In this document: one piece after another, positions 47,049 to 60,900 of the stretch
How the letters are laid out: every line of letters starts with the position of its first letter
Position numbering within the stretch: position 1 is the stretch's first letter
Origin: Coniocarpon cinnabarinum
Lineage: Eukaryota
Direction: 5' to 3'
Length of the DNA stretch: 64,000 bases
Assembly (NCBI GenBank): GCA_051942205.1
Contig: JAVECO010000072.1
Coordinates: 1-64,000, forward strand
Notes under the pieces: model-generated
Database searches by the model: none
What the model saw: only the letters and a program-made list of their open reading frames with translations
Told to the model about the DNA's origin: nothing
Program-made: the position numbers and the translations under genes

Positions 47049-48486
47049 CTTGAAGGCTTAGTGTTAAAGAGCTGGAAGATCGTTCGATGCTGTGGTGATA
47101 CTCAAGGCTACGTCTGTCTTTCAAAGCACGTTCTCAACACGTTCCTGCTACAGACCCTTATATGTCGTCCAGCATAGGCTTTACCACGTATAAAGCCGTA
47201 AAGCCGAAGCCACTAATTGTGGGGCTGCTCGCTGGAACTCCTTCCGCGGCATGTCCCGCCCCACACCGTGTCTACAGAGTGCTCGTCAACCGATCGAATC
47301 GGGAGGAGAAAACAGTCGGGCGGCAAATTGTTCTGCCATACAAGACGCACACAGATGTACCGAATCAGATGATCTCGTTCTTCAGCGTAGAAATCTCGAA
47401 TCGCAAGTCAGATACAATGAAGATCTCTTGACGCAGGGGCAAGGAGCGAGCAAGGTTTCCATCAGACTTACTTGCTACCGGGCACTAAGATGATGCTGCT
47501 AAGCGACGCCATGCCGTGGCCATTGCCGTGTGGAGAGACAGGAGTCGCTCAGGGGCTCTAGCGCCCGAGGAAGCAAGGACAGCGACTTCATGTCGTCCTC
47601 GTCTTGTACCGATTCTTCCCATGCCTTGTTGCATGCACGTATGATGGTCGTGGCGGGTGTGGAAGTCAAGCCCTAGCGATTTAGCGGTCAAGGCCCCAAG
47701 TAGAGATACCGTTAGAGGCTTCTTGGCACCTAGAAGCAAAGCGTGGACAGGGTAGACTTCCTTCCTTGCAACGAGCATCACACAGTGACGAACCACGCGC
47801 GCGACTTGATGCAACATGCGGACGAATTCTCTTTAGACTCAGCATCAGAGTGCTGGGTAGGCCTGCAATTACGATGCAGCATGGGAAATTGTGAAAGACC
47901 GAAAGTGTTTCGTGAAAAAGCTATCTTGATGGCGGACAAAGACGGCTCTGACTTCTCTTTCCGTCCTCGTCATCGGCAACAAAGAAGTATCATTGCATCG
48001 ACATGAGAGAGTCTACATGACCTTTACATCTCAGTTACTGTAGCAGGATCGAGAAACCGGTGTAGATGACAAGGCTGGCACCGGTCATGCGCGATTGAGG
48101 TTTCTGTCTGCTTGAGTTGGACCTCTGCTTGACAATCGCCACTCCCTTCCAAGCACTCTGTCCATAATAGCCGTGAGGAATACTCATCAACAAGTCTCTG
48201 CAGTCAGCAGCAACTCTTGTGCAAGATCAGAGTCGATTGTCACCGCGCATCGACCTTGATTCAGAGCGATTTCTCAGGTCACCTGCCCTCGAACCCCTTG
48301 AGCAGCCTGAAGATCGATCCCAGCGACACAGCAAGAGGCAAGCATCGATCCTCGGCCCTACCGGCTCGAAGCCATCGGTCACCTGGCCTTGTTGCCTAGC
48401 CAGGCTTTCCCAATTCGAGACGGCTGAAAGTTGATCCACCTCTAGCGCCGTTGCCCCGGTCGTCAATATATATTTCCCCCCGGCTG

Positions 48487-48524
48487 CTTCTTCTTCTTCT
48501 TCTTCTTCTTTCTCTTCTTTTTTT
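48487..48524. repeat. (CTT)n microsatellite and pyrimidine tract
   Basis: About seven consecutive CTT units followed by a T-rich tail. Confidence 0.85.
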
Positions 48525-51500
48525 CCTCGGTGGCGTCTTGGCAGCCCCACCCGGCGGTTTACTGGCTACCCGGTAGGTGTCGGCCAGTTTCATGTGGCTT
48601 CGGCACGCCTTGCTTTGCACAGCGCGAGGTTCAGTAGGACCTCTTCAAAGGAAAGTCCGTCCGCACAATTTTTGTTGGCGCATCTCAGTTTTTTTTCTTT
48701 GAAATCCTGGCCAATGGCTGGGACTCGAGGAAGAAATCGAGGCTTTTCCACCTTGCTATGGATCCCATGGCATATTGAAGTAAGCTGTGCGTCCTGTATC
48801 AGCGGTTACCTTGTACATTATTGCCATACCTGACGAGTCTGTCCTGTTCATGAGGCTTGTTTACCCGACTGACGCGGCAATTGGAAAAAAGCTCATGCAT
48901 CCTCTAGACATCATCGTCATGATTTTTCATGACCACGTGATGTTTCTTTTCTTTGTTGGCGCTGACGTACGCGCCGGGACTACAAGGAAGAGCTATTGCT
49001 GCTGCTGATGCTGTACATTGGACCATGGCCTTCGAATTTGTTGCATGTGTAGTATTGCATCCTCGTCTTGCTTCGTGCTCTGTAACGTCTTTATATCTTG
49101 GTCAGTTCTGATGAGAATGCTCCATGCTGCCTCTTCCGTCACCTCATATGGTATCTTTGTCAAAGTTTCGTGTCTGGACGTGCCGGGTGCCAGATCTCAA
49201 CTGCAGGCCGACGAGCACAAGTCGCCACCGCACACTGTTCATCAGCGCCACCCACGGCTGAGGGGAGCTATGGACCTCGACGCTTCATCAGACTCCAGTC
49301 TTTGATGGTGGATTAGACGCAAGGTCGCAAAAATCTACCCCGTGGTGTGTTGTTCTGACTCAATTGCCACTGCTTTGACTGATCACGCGTTTAGGCTTCT
49401 GACCGTCAATTTGGAGGGCAGAAAGATTGCTTGTCCGCTGTCGATCTCGCTTATCAGCTTGTATGTCCTCCTTTTCATAAGAGAAGATGCCATGACAAGC
49501 CTCTGTTATTAACAATCGCGCAGTTTGGCTGATTGCTACTCTAGGAGATACCTACCTTCCGCTTCTACCTCTGCCTCCTGTACCCTTCGAATGATGCTTC
49601 AGAGGGCCTTCTCGCCTACTCACCGATGCTGGATCGGTGTCCCGCTTATCTGCCGCTTGAAGGAGGACCCAAAAATCCGACATCAGCACTGACCGCCACA
49701 CAGTGACACCACAGACACTACACAATCAGATTTTGTGAGCTGATGCCCGCAGTTCCTCTCGTCAGCAGCAATGAAGACAGCTCGGCGCTGATCAGAGAGC
49801 CCACCGTCTGTTTACCTATCCCTACTGACTCTGGTTGGCAATGCGTAATTATGAAACACGAGGAAGGCAAGAAATGATTTAGTGAAGATGGGAGTAAGAC
49901 GATGCTAAAACCAATGCTGTCTGAACCGCTCCACATTTGCTACACCAGCCAGACTCGTCAGCAAAGTCACCAGACAAAGAACCGGGGAGCAAGCCTCTCG
50001 ATCAGTGGTTCTGATTCCAGGCATCCGTAAATTTGGAACGGCGTTCGAAAGAGAAGGCTCACATGGGTGGAAGATGACAAAGAGGCATGAACAAAGCTTT
50101 GGATTGCGCAAGACTCAAAAATTCTCAATGCTCGGTAGTCTAAACAAAGAAGTTGAAAAGTCTCTGTGAAAGACGCTACGATGATACTGAGCTCTGCTTG
50201 AAATGAGTGTTAATTTCAGAGCAACATGCAGCTCAGGCTGGAAAGAGGCGAATGGCAAGAGATACTGGACACAAATGGGGCAGCAGCACCCCGTCTAAAG
50301 ACTGCGATACCTTCAGCGCTTGCAGAGTCTGGACCAGCTGCGTTCCAGGAAGCCTGAGATTCACCGACGTATGTCTTCTCAAGCGCAGCGCGCAGCATTC
50401 CCTGTCGCTACATGGCGATACCAGTCAGGAGCTCAAAGCTCAACATAGACCGCCACCCTGATAACACTCAGCTCCGTGCATATGAACATTCTAGTGCACG
50501 CACGAGGCTCCCTGCCTTGGGAACACATACGATGATAGCGGTAGGGTCGCCTGATTCCCCTAGCCCGCCCTGCGCATTATCAATGCAAGGACGCAATTCA
50601 ACCCCTCGGTTTCTGCCAACGATTTCACGCGCAGCTTAAGGACAGCAGCGTTCTTACAACTCAGACCTGTAAGATATTTCATTGAATTCAAGTCGTCAAT
50701 GCGATTGTGACACCAGACTTTGCATTTTAGAGTCAACAAGATGACGGCCGTGGCTGATTGTTTCGTCTGCGAGGAGGAGTTAGAGATGTCTTCGACAGCT
50801 GCAACGTGCGTTCGCCAAGCCAGCAAGCTGAGGTTTTGTTTGCTTGCAGTCTTGCTGTTCGCAACCCACATCGAACCCGAATAAGAATATGAAGCTTGTG
50901 GCCTTGAAATCCTGCTGATGAGCCTTGCATCCTTCTTTCAAGGCTTCCTAATAACCATCTCGAAAATAGGAAAGCCGTCCCCAACCCATTCTGTGTAAAT
51001 GAGCTCAGTGTAAAGCGAGGCCGCCAAGATCAAACAGAATTCACGTTGCAAGCGTTACGAGACAACCAAAGATGCTACAGCGCCTCCAATTGCTTTTTAT
51101 TTTTGATTGTTAAATCTGCACTGCCGATGCACGTGTTTGCTATGAGACAAGGAACGTTCTAGTTTTCGAACTTGTTCTTAAAAACAATCCCATCCCGTCA
51201 AAGACAATCAATTTATTTTAGACAGAAAGACGGGATTCACTTTGACCAAGACATCTGAATAAGCTGATTCAGTTTGTTGAATTGAAGACCATGGAGAGCT
51301 ATGATATGCGCAGCTATCTGGACGCAGGATGTGGACTTCAGAATTTGTTTCATTGAGCACAGTAGACAATGCGAAGGTCTAAGACTTGTAATATACAATA
51401 CTTAGCAATAGATTTAGCGAACCAGAGAATCTTTACACAGATCCAAAGAAAACGCAGAACCGCACAGGCATCCTGTGCTATCGTGGGGTTGAAGACTCAA

Positions 51501-52404
51501 AGATCGCTTGCTGACTAATCCGTCTGACAAACTGCAATGACATCAGAGATATGAAGAAGTAAACATGAACCTACACCAGCACACAAGATCTCTACATATG
51601 TCTATGGACCACTTGAATGCCTTCATCAAGCGCAAAAGCTCATGAGAAGAGAGATTTGCTTGACGGTGCGCTGCTCGATTCGCTGCAATGCCCAAGTTTT
51701 GGGAAGAGAGAAGCAGGACAATCGCAAGCGAGAGGCACACGCAAACTTCAGCCACATGAATTAAGATGGCAGGTCCGAAGCGTTTTGCGCCGGAAGTCGA
51801 AAGATTACCGGAGATTAAACCAGAGCCGGAAACGCAATGGAGCAGTACGCTCTGGTGGACTTGCTGAAGACACGTCCATGCGGCGGTAATCGATTGAATT
51901 CACTCCGTCTTCGTAGTTGAGTGGGTACGGCTTTTGGGTGGGATGTCAACCTTTAGCGAGAGTCGTAATAAAACGCTGGCAGTCCATCAAGCCCAGCCAA
52001 AACCTCTCTTAGAAGCGAGCAAGCCCGTTGGATGACAGATCTCGTTCTGCTTGACGGACGCAAAGGCACACCTCCTACCATACGCCCCAGTATGTTTCGA
52101 AGAAATTACAGTGTGGAGGCAGTCACATGGCTGTTCCTCCACCTCGGAGGTGGAAGCGAACCCTTGGGGGAGGTGTTTGGGCACTGTGCGCCTCCACCTA
52201 CACCTCTCAGAGTCAGTCAACCGCTCAACATGGTCTAGTGTAAGTTTTCGTGACCTCGAAACACTGTGCGTTTCCCGTTTCGTATAGGTCACCTCCACGT
52301 GGTGCCTCGTGCCTCTCTGCAACCTTTCCCGATCTGTCTGTGCGTGAAGGGTTAGCATCACGAATATATCTAGCCCACCGCCTCTCTCGTTGTTTCTCGC
52401 CTTT

Positions 52405-52670
52405 CACAATCTACAACTCGCTTCTGCAACTTGTTCTGACAACTCGCTTCGACAACAACGAACGAACTGTCTTCCACAACTTGCCTCACAAGCGACTTGC
52501 CTTACCTACGACTCGCACCTACGACTCGCACCTACGTCTTGCACCTACAACAACTTCCACCTGCAACTTACCTCACCGACAACTTACCTGGTCAACAACT
52601 CCAGTCACCAACAACTTCTCTTATCAACAACTTCCCTCGTCAACAACCTTCCTCACCGACAACTCGGGCC
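52405..52670 (+). repeat. G-poor low-complexity tract of ACAACT-like units, with an internal 13-bp tandem CCTACGACTCGCA
   Basis: Repeated (A/G)CAACT(T/C); 13-mer tandem at ~52505-52545; CCTCACCGACAACT at 52571 and 52651. Confidence 0.75.
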
Positions 52671-53003
52671 TTTACTAACGGCTCTTCCTTGTGGTCACCA
52701 CCCACGACCGTCAACCTCATCACCGCCCTTACCTTTCACTCACTATTCTTGGTCTGTCCACAGACACCATTCCAGTCACCGCCCTTACCTTCCTCTCGCA
52801 ATCTTCGGTCACCATCCCTATCCGCAGACGCCTCCTCATTCACCACCAGAGGCCCGCTTATTAGACAATTGGGTCAAGTACGAGAACCCTCATTCACCTC
52901 GTCTCTGCCCCACTGAAGCAGACGAAGGGGTCAAGTACAGGAACCCCTGCTCAATTGTCTCTGCCTCTGTCTGCCTTTGCAAGTCGAGAAGGCCATTACC
53001 ACT

Positions 53004-54911
53004 ATGTCCCCTAGTAACGGCCGACGTAGTCAGCAAAAGAGCGGCAACCCTTCCCAGGGATCCCCAGACAGCCAACAAGCAACCCCTCAGACTGAGCAGG
53101 GCCAATTCAACAACTCAATCTTCAGCATGGCGAGCGGCCCTACTCAGTCAGGCGGAGTGTGGCCAGGATCCTGGAATGGGTTGCCAGGTGTTCAGGGCCC
53201 TGGCCAGACTTTCAACTTACCAAACACAGCTCTGGCTGCTCCACATAGCAGTGTGCCGGGCTCTTACGAAGATACAATCGCCCTATGCCCCCACCTCACG
53301 GGCTTTGAGGCACATGAAAAGTGGCTGCATGAGATTTTCCTTCCGTTTCATGCAAGCCAGAACACATCAAGCCGACCATACCAGGTCACATACCCACCAA
53401 CACGCGACAGCGGAAAGCGTAGTCGGGATGTCCTGGAGGCTGATGAATTGGGAACGTTTGACGATTCGAGCTCGAAGCGACGTAGAGTTGCCGATGAGAG
53501 TGCTTTTGCCGTTGGCCCTCCGCCATTCGGCTACCCGCAGGGAGGACCATTTCCACAGCCTCTCATGGGAAGTCACCCACCTATTGGCACGTTCGCCGTT
53601 CAGGCACCACAGAACGGCTTTGGCGCACATCCAATGGCGCCGGCGTACCCACCCGCAAACCCCGTATTCAACGGTGGACAACAGCCCAACTACCAGGGCT
53701 CGGGTTTGGGCACGTCGAACGTGCCAGGCTTCCCACAGGCGGAAGTCCAGCGTCCTTCGCCTCGAACGTCAAACGTTCCCACACGAAAGAGTTCAAGAAG
53801 CTCCAAGTCCAAGTCAAATACCCCAGCGCCCAGCAGATCCACGCGTACCGTGACCACTTCCCAGTCCACATATGGGAAGCGGTGCAACTACCCAGAGCTT
53901 CGCCGACGCCTTGGCATCGGCAACCACTGGAAGGACGGGAGGGACCGCACAGTGGAGACGCTGGGGAAGGAGTACGGCATGGATGCAAAGGGTGAGCAGG
54001 TCGCTCTGCGTTCTGCTGCGAAGACCGCTTGCAAGAAGCACTGGAATGAGGCCGACAATGGCCTCAACTGGGCGACCGAGTGGCTCAAGCAGCAGCAGCT
54101 CATCCTGAAGAAGGCCATGACTCCCAAGCAGTTCGCTGGCAACACGAATCGGACAAATCGCATCGGCAAGCACATTGAGGAGCTGAAGCTCTCAATGGCT
54201 GAGTGTCTCCTGGCCTGGAAGGCCGAGCAGGGGCGTGGTGACAATGAAACTGCTGCGCAGTTGAAGGTGCGACTGGACCCTTTGCTGCGCCAGTACGAGG
54301 CGAACGAGCCCGTACTACCCCTTGGCGATCATCATCGCCGGGCGCATGAAGAGCAAATCCAGTTCATCGTCGACCACCACCCCTGGTACAATAACGGCCA
54401 GACAATCTTTCCGCCACCAGGCCCGGGGGACAACAACGCCGATAACAACACCGATCAACAGCCGGGTGAGGCTGAAGCTCGGCAGTCGTCGAATGCCGAC
54501 AATGAGCATCTCCCACCAGCGGGCTCGCAAGCGATCATGACTCCGAGCCAGACCCAACCGAGCATCATGGCGGCGGGTGACATGAGCGCCTTGGCTGCCT
54601 ACAGTCAGAGTGGTGATGATCAACACACCCCATTTGCGCCATGGACTGGAACTTCTCACAACCCTGACGACATTGCCGTGCCCGGCCAGCAGTGCAACAG
54701 CCAGACCTCCGTGACACAAGAGCCCGGCAGTGCAAGCCCTGACACTGACAGCCACGACGACCTATTCGAAGAAGACGAATACGTCGAGGCTGAACAGATG
54801 TCGCACCCCGGGACGGTGCAGGAACAGCGACCGGATGCACCTGACCACGCATCAAGTGGTCAGGGCGAGAGCAATTTCCCCTTTTACCAGCCGCAAGGCT
54901 GGAATTATTGA
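53004..54911 (+). CDS. Hypothetical protein, 635 aa; Pro/Gln/Ser-rich disordered ends around a basic helical core
   Basis: Long ORF with first ATG at 53004 and coding-like codon usage; core YGKRCNYPELRRRLGIGNHW...IVDHHPWY; no family recognised. Confidence 0.78.
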   Translation: MSPSNGRRSQQKSGNPSQGSPDSQQATPQTEQGQFNNSIFSMASGPTQSGGVWPGSWNGLPGVQGPGQTFNLPNTALAAPHSSVPGSYEDTIALCPHLTGFEAHEKWLHEIFLPFHASQNTSSRPYQVTYPPTRDSGKRSRDVLEADELGTFDDSSSKRRRVADESAFAVGPPPFGYPQGGPFPQPLMGSHPPIGTFAVQAPQNGFGAHPMAPAYPPANPVFNGGQQPNYQGSGLGTSNVPGFPQAEVQRPSPRTSNVPTRKSSRSSKSKSNTPAPSRSTRTVTTSQSTYGKRCNYPELRRRLGIGNHWKDGRDRTVETLGKEYGMDAKGEQVALRSAAKTACKKHWNEADNGLNWATEWLKQQQLILKKAMTPKQFAGNTNRTNRIGKHIEELKLSMAECLLAWKAEQGRGDNETAAQLKVRLDPLLRQYEANEPVLPLGDHHRRAHEEQIQFIVDHHPWYNNGQTIFPPPGPGDNNADNNTDQQPGEAEARQSSNADNEHLPPAGSQAIMTPSQTQPSIMAAGDMSALAAYSQSGDDQHTPFAPWTGTSHNPDDIAVPGQQCNSQTSVTQEPGSASPDTDSHDDLFEEDEYVEAEQMSHPGTVQEQRPDAPDHASSGQGESNFPFYQPQGWNY

Positions 54912-57900
54912 AGACTGCTCCGGTTGTTGCTGGCACGGGATCGCCAAGAAGTTCGACTCTCATCATCAGCGCTTGCATTGCGAGGACTAGCTTGGCATCG
55001 TCATCGGCTGGTGTTTAGGGTCGTTACATACCATATGCTGGAGCGACATGAGTTCATGGAGGCATGGTCGCGGACGAACATCGGTCACGCCTTTCCTTAT
55101 TTCTAGAGGCTTTATGGAGAGACGAGGAGATAGAATCGTGACCTCGTCTTGTGACAATAGGTATTTGATGAGGCCCTAGATGTCACTTGAGGCATATACA
55201 TTATGCAAGGTAGAGATATTGTGATCTCTAATGCAAAATCTGATCTTCTCGAACTCTTCTTCAATGCTTCATCGCCTCATTTTCCCACTAGATGGTGCAC
55301 TTCTTAATCTTGAGATCACTCTTGAAGGAAAATCGCTAAGGAGGCGATGATTACAGGCTTTGAGCTTCCAGTATTCAATTTTTTGCTTGAATGCCAGTGC
55401 CCGGCCTCAAGTCAAGTAGGATTAATAGGCTGTTATCGCAGGGCTAGAAATTTCACTTGAATGTTAAGCAGCTTACGCTATCTCATCGCTAATATCGCTC
55501 ACGCTCACATCAACGACGGGTGATGGCTTACCGACTGCTCTTGCCAAAGCTTACGTAGAGGAGGCTCATTATCTAGAAAATGGACATGTCTACTGTTCAA
55601 GAGACATGAGGCTCAAAGGTTTGTATGTGGACCATGCAAAGACGCGTGACGCGTCTTGGGTGGAGATTACAAGCTCAACATGACGTCATGAACACCGCAC
55701 GTGATGCGGCATGTTTCTAAGTCTCTGGACCTTTGTCTACGTAATTCATTGTGAAGATGTCAGTCTACTCCTAATTTCCTAAATCACTTCGTTGTCTCCA
55801 CCAAGTCAGGCTTCGCTTTCGCATCCATGACCGATCGTGAAGCTTCTGGCAGGAAGTATTACAGAGGTCACGATGAGAGTCAAAAGGGACAAGTGTTATT
55901 AGACTAAATTGTGAAGTTTCTAAAATGCTAAGTCTATCTCGATCAAAGCCTATGAGCCCAAGGTCCCTTGTGCGTAGCTATCAATGTTCAGCAACAGTCG
56001 AGCGCTGCTCGACGCACCACTGCATGCGTCAATGACATCTGCTCGGTCGAGGGCCCTGTGATCGGGACAATACATCGAAAGGTATCATCGGAGTTTGAAG
56101 TGCCAAATACTTCCTGTAGATTCAATTCCCAGCCAGTAGCTTGCCGTGTAAATATGCAAATCGATTACCGTTTGGATCGTCCATGTTCGCCGCGGACACG
56201 CGGGCTGCACCTGATTGAGGATGGAAACCGATCTAGTTGGCCCTCACGTTGGTGGTGGAAGATGGATGACTGTCAGTCTCAGTGCCGCTGATTTTTTTTG
56301 GAGAACATGTGTCTATCAAAATGCACAACGGGATACCTTGAGCGCGGGTCTGCTCTGAGGAAACTTCCACGAAATCGCCGTAAGCTTGAGCATGTTGGCC
56401 AAATTCCTCAGATGATAGATAACGCGTGGTCAATAGCCATGGAAATGATCATCTTGATTGATAAAGCGGTTCGTGTAAGAAGTTGCGAGCCAAGCATCTA
56501 GTGCCCGGGCTCTTGGGATGCTGGCTTTGACCTGAGGTGTCGGCGGCATCTTCAAGTTGGGCAAAAGCCCACAGTCTCAAGACACGCAACCACAAGGCGG
56601 CGAAACACAGCTCCCCAGTCCCTGCATGACTGCGTATTTGGGCTCAGGAAGAAGTCGCGCTTCTTGCCATTGAGCTTCATTATCGGGTGCATGCGCCTTG
56701 GCCGAACACTTCTCTCCAAACTTCCTCTGGTGCTTCTGGATTGGTAGGTCGATTGCTCGAGCTGAATGTTTGAATCAGTGAGCTAGTTGCATGCTTGTCA
56801 AGAGCGAGGGGCTGCAGCTACGATTTTTTACAAGCCGCAAGGTTCTCCGGCACCTTGGTAGTGTTGACGGCGCCGTACAGAGTCCTGCAGGAGACCAAGA
56901 TGCAGTACGGCGCCATGCTAGACACGTTGACTCATCCGGGGTCCAGGCCCCGAACACGCTTCCCTATCTCCGCTGTATGGATGCTCTTCAAGAACAGCCT
57001 AAACCAGGAAGTCCCGAGAATAAGGAATGAAGCTTGTGGATCTAGCCACCTTCTTCGTGGCTCGCAACAGGGGCTGACACTCCTGGGAGTGAATGATGTC
57101 AAATATTGAGCTCCAAGACTATTTCCGTGGTTTGGTGAGGAAGCCGCTTTCGTAAAGCTGTGTTATGGCGTGATTGCCTCGTGTTCTGAGGACGTATGTT
57201 GTCGAGTGGTGCAGGGTCGTCATTTTTGGTAGACGGTGCTGTCAGAAGTCGCCTTTGGCAATCGAAGGGTTCGCTGTTTTGCAGTGCCTAAAGTGATCTG
57301 AGACACATCTCAGAGACTCGGAGATGATGCCAAAAAGCACAAACCCCACAATAGACGCGCCGCTCTTCAAAAATATCTGATGTGTCGGCAGATGAATGTC
57401 AAACTGCAGGACAATCTGGTTGTCCACGCGACGTGTCAGATTGGAGACCGTGTTGGTACCATTCTTGTACTCAAACTCAGGCCAGTCCCAGAACCTGAGG
57501 TTTACAAAAATTCGTTCGTGGCCACTGGAGGTCAAAGCCTCTCCTTGATATAAAGCCTACCGACACGGTAGACTTGGCTGACGTTTCGAGAACGCTTGGG
57601 CACGTTCTGGAAATAGCAGACCGGTCGAATCCCCATATGAAACTTGGAAATACACAGTAGGTGCATCCGCTTGGATGTATCAGGATCCGTCTGCCACCTC
57701 AAGACGCATTGTGGCTAGGTGGAGTCTCGAAGCCTCGGACGAGTGTGATAAGTTGATTGATGAGTCTCTAGGATAGCTCATGTCTGCAGAGGCTTGGTTC
57801 GATCCGCTTGAATGATGTAGCTTCCATAGTGATACCCTTGAAACAAAGTACTGCTGTGATCCATGGAAAAATGTAACTAGAAATTGAGACAATCATTCGA

Positions 57901-60900
57901 GAACCGACTTGGGTGCAAGGACAAGACCCGCTCGCGTCATTTCTGCTATACAATCTCAGTCCCTGGTTTGAGGATTGCTGGAAAAGTAACGCTGTTGATT
58001 GCTCTAGTCATGTTCGCTGCTGGACCTTCGTCTGGAGTTTTGAGTCTTATAGAGCGCTGGCCGTGCATGGCAGTAATCGAGTTCTCCGTAGACATTGGCA
58101 TAGTAGAAGTAGATTTGCGGGCTCAAAATGTAGTGAAGTGTGAACACCAGAGAACTGCACATGAGACCTTGTTGATTGGTACTCGAAGCGCACAGAGCCT
58201 GCGCGTCAGGCATTGCTGCATGAAGTGCTTGAAGCACTATCAACGACCCAGCGAAAGACTGGAACGAGTCTGCATAGGGTGGAACGATCCAAGATACGAG
58301 TATTCGAATGAGTTCTATTTTCTTGAAGTGATAAAGTCCGATATGATGGGCCGGAGACAGGTTGAGCGCCCCAGTGACGGCTTGTAGAAGCACCGACGAC
58401 GACCGGTCTTCCTCGTTGGCGAGAGCTCCCCAAGGATGTTGGCAGATCGTTCAATGCTTCGATCAACTACTGAGGATACAACCAGAAGTTTGCAAGGCTG
58501 TCAGCGAAGGTTGATAGCTGCAGACGCAATTCCTCTTTGCGCGCGAACTCTATGACACAGCCTGCCGCCTTCTCTGAATGCGGACAGACCCTTGGAGACC
58601 AGTGGAAGACCAGTGGTGAATCTTAAGGTCCGTGCGTTGTCCATTCAAAGTCGACTCCAGGTCGAAGAAGTGATTCGAGGCTGTGAAAAGTACACTTGCT
58701 CCGCGCCTCAGAACAAAGGGGCAACTCATTCAAGGGCGCTTCAGACTCAGTCTTCGCATGGGACTATAGCGATAGAGTTAGGTCGTTCGCTTTATTGATG
58801 AAGAAAACCCCGACTCAGAATTCCTGCGGGTCCCGATTTGGCTGGAAAGGTATCCTACCTGCAGAAGCTCAAAGACAAGCAGCATACAGTGTAGAAGCTC
58901 GGACATTTGTCCAAGGTCAAACCGAGATTCGGCGAACAAGTTATTCCAGAATGAATAATGGCATTCAAGATGCCAGTGCTCGCTACTGGTGTCCTTAGAG
59001 GAGAGTGGTGTGTTATTTGTATGGGTCTTCCAGTCCCAATACACCACCAGTAGTCCAGATCCTCTTTGAGAGACAGCAGCGGCTCCGCCGACCTATGTTG
59101 GCGAGACAGAAGATCCAGAATGTGCTGCTAATCATAACAAAATCGAAGTTTGGATTTGGCGTTGGAGTTTCCAGACTCTCTGTTGGTGTGGACAACAAAC
59201 CTCTTGGTTTCGGACGATTATGCGAGCGCATCGGAAACCCCATAGCTTCCAGATGCACATACATCATAGCAAGACCAGTCCGAGCACGGCGGAGCCTTCG
59301 GCGACATTGTGCGTGCTCAGGACATCCTTCGCTCACGAAAGCTGAGATGGGCGAGGAGCTTGAAGCTGTTCAACATTCTTCCTCTTGATGCCGCTTTCAA
59401 TTCCAGAAGCTGCTATGGTCTCATCCCCATAGAGCAAGGCAAGAGTCCTGAGGGGCTTACACTGATGACTGACGATTGCGTAGCCCCATGAGAGGAATTG
59501 TGAAGTTCTAGACTTCAGGTTGCGGTAAAGGATATTCCGTGGACTCGAACAGGAGGCACCAGTTCTTCCTGCCAAGGACGGATGCTCTTCAATGGGTTCT
59601 CTATGCCGTTGAATGATTGGTCCAGGAATCGAGCCAGAGTTGTTGAATGCGTCACCACCTTCCTTATCATGCATCCATGTGGAGGATGGATTAAGAAATA
59701 AGCAACCGGTTCTCAAGTTCTTTTCTGAGATTTAGCGGGCCGAATAATGGGTGCTTTCTGTTGATCTAGGCCACGCAAGGCCTTAGACAAAAGCTCAACG
59801 GTCTTATGCCAAAGGATGGTTTCCTCGAGAGTACCGAGTTGTTGAGGATCAGAGGCTGTGGTTCCTGTCGTCAGAGAGCGCAAACGATGTTGAGAATATT
59901 GAGACTGATCAAGGAGGATGAGATGTGGGAGCCAGAGGGAATATATATTCGTAGACCACGTGAGATGAGCGAGATGAAGTAGGACTAGTGTCAGTTTTCG
60001 AAGATTGTACGAAACACTTTTTCGTCTCTGCACGGGCCACTTCGTAGTATCTCGAGTCTGCCTAGCACTTAGTGCGTCGCGAAGGAAACTCTTGGATAGT
60101 TACTGCACCTTTGCCTCGCTCCCGCCATGAGCTGTCCAGCACCGGCGCAACACACTGCAACCTCTGCAGGTGTTCTCGAAACGTTTGTGCTACACAATGT
60201 TTAAACTCCATGTAGGCTTGCAACTGTGACTATTTGCTGTCCCCTAGAGAACTCGGCTTGAATTGACGGGATTAAGAGAGACGCAAAGCAGAGGAATGAT
60301 GAATTAAACAGGGAGCGAGTGCCTCCTCCGAAACCTCTGACAGCTCGAGGGGGATTGAAGAAGGACAATAAGAGAGTATCTTGTGGGTATGAGACCTTGG
60401 GAATATTTTCCCACAGGCAATGACATGGAGATACTCAAGTAGGATTACGAGATGCGATTGACTAGCTCGTTTGAGCGTCTAGTCCAACCTGCAATACCTT
60501 TGGCGTTTGCATTATAGTTTGCAAGTCTTTTAGAGGAAAAAGCATGACATTACCAGGAAAGCCGCAGAAAGATTCAACAAATGGCATAAGTGTAAACGCC
60601 GAGCGTAGTAATTTGAAAAGTAAATAGCCACCTAAGACTAGCCATCTACGTGATCAGACAACGTGGTCCTCGAAGGAGGCGTTTAACGACACAGGGGCTT
60701 CCAGACCTTGAACATCCGCACAGTAGCATGCGCTTCAAACTCGAAGACCACTTCCATAAAAACGGTCGCATATGTCACGGGCTCGAACTCTCTGTAGCCA
60801 GTCGTTCTGGTGGGCTGGTTTGGAGAGTGTGCGTGCAGGTCCTGGATTCGAAAACAAGACGGAGACTCAACACAGACTGATATGTGCGAAGCCAGTTGAA

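Noticed and set aside
52390..53853. 487-aa plus-strand ORF
   Set aside because: Non-ATG start; it stays open because of the low-complexity tract and overlaps the better-supported 53004..54911 frame.
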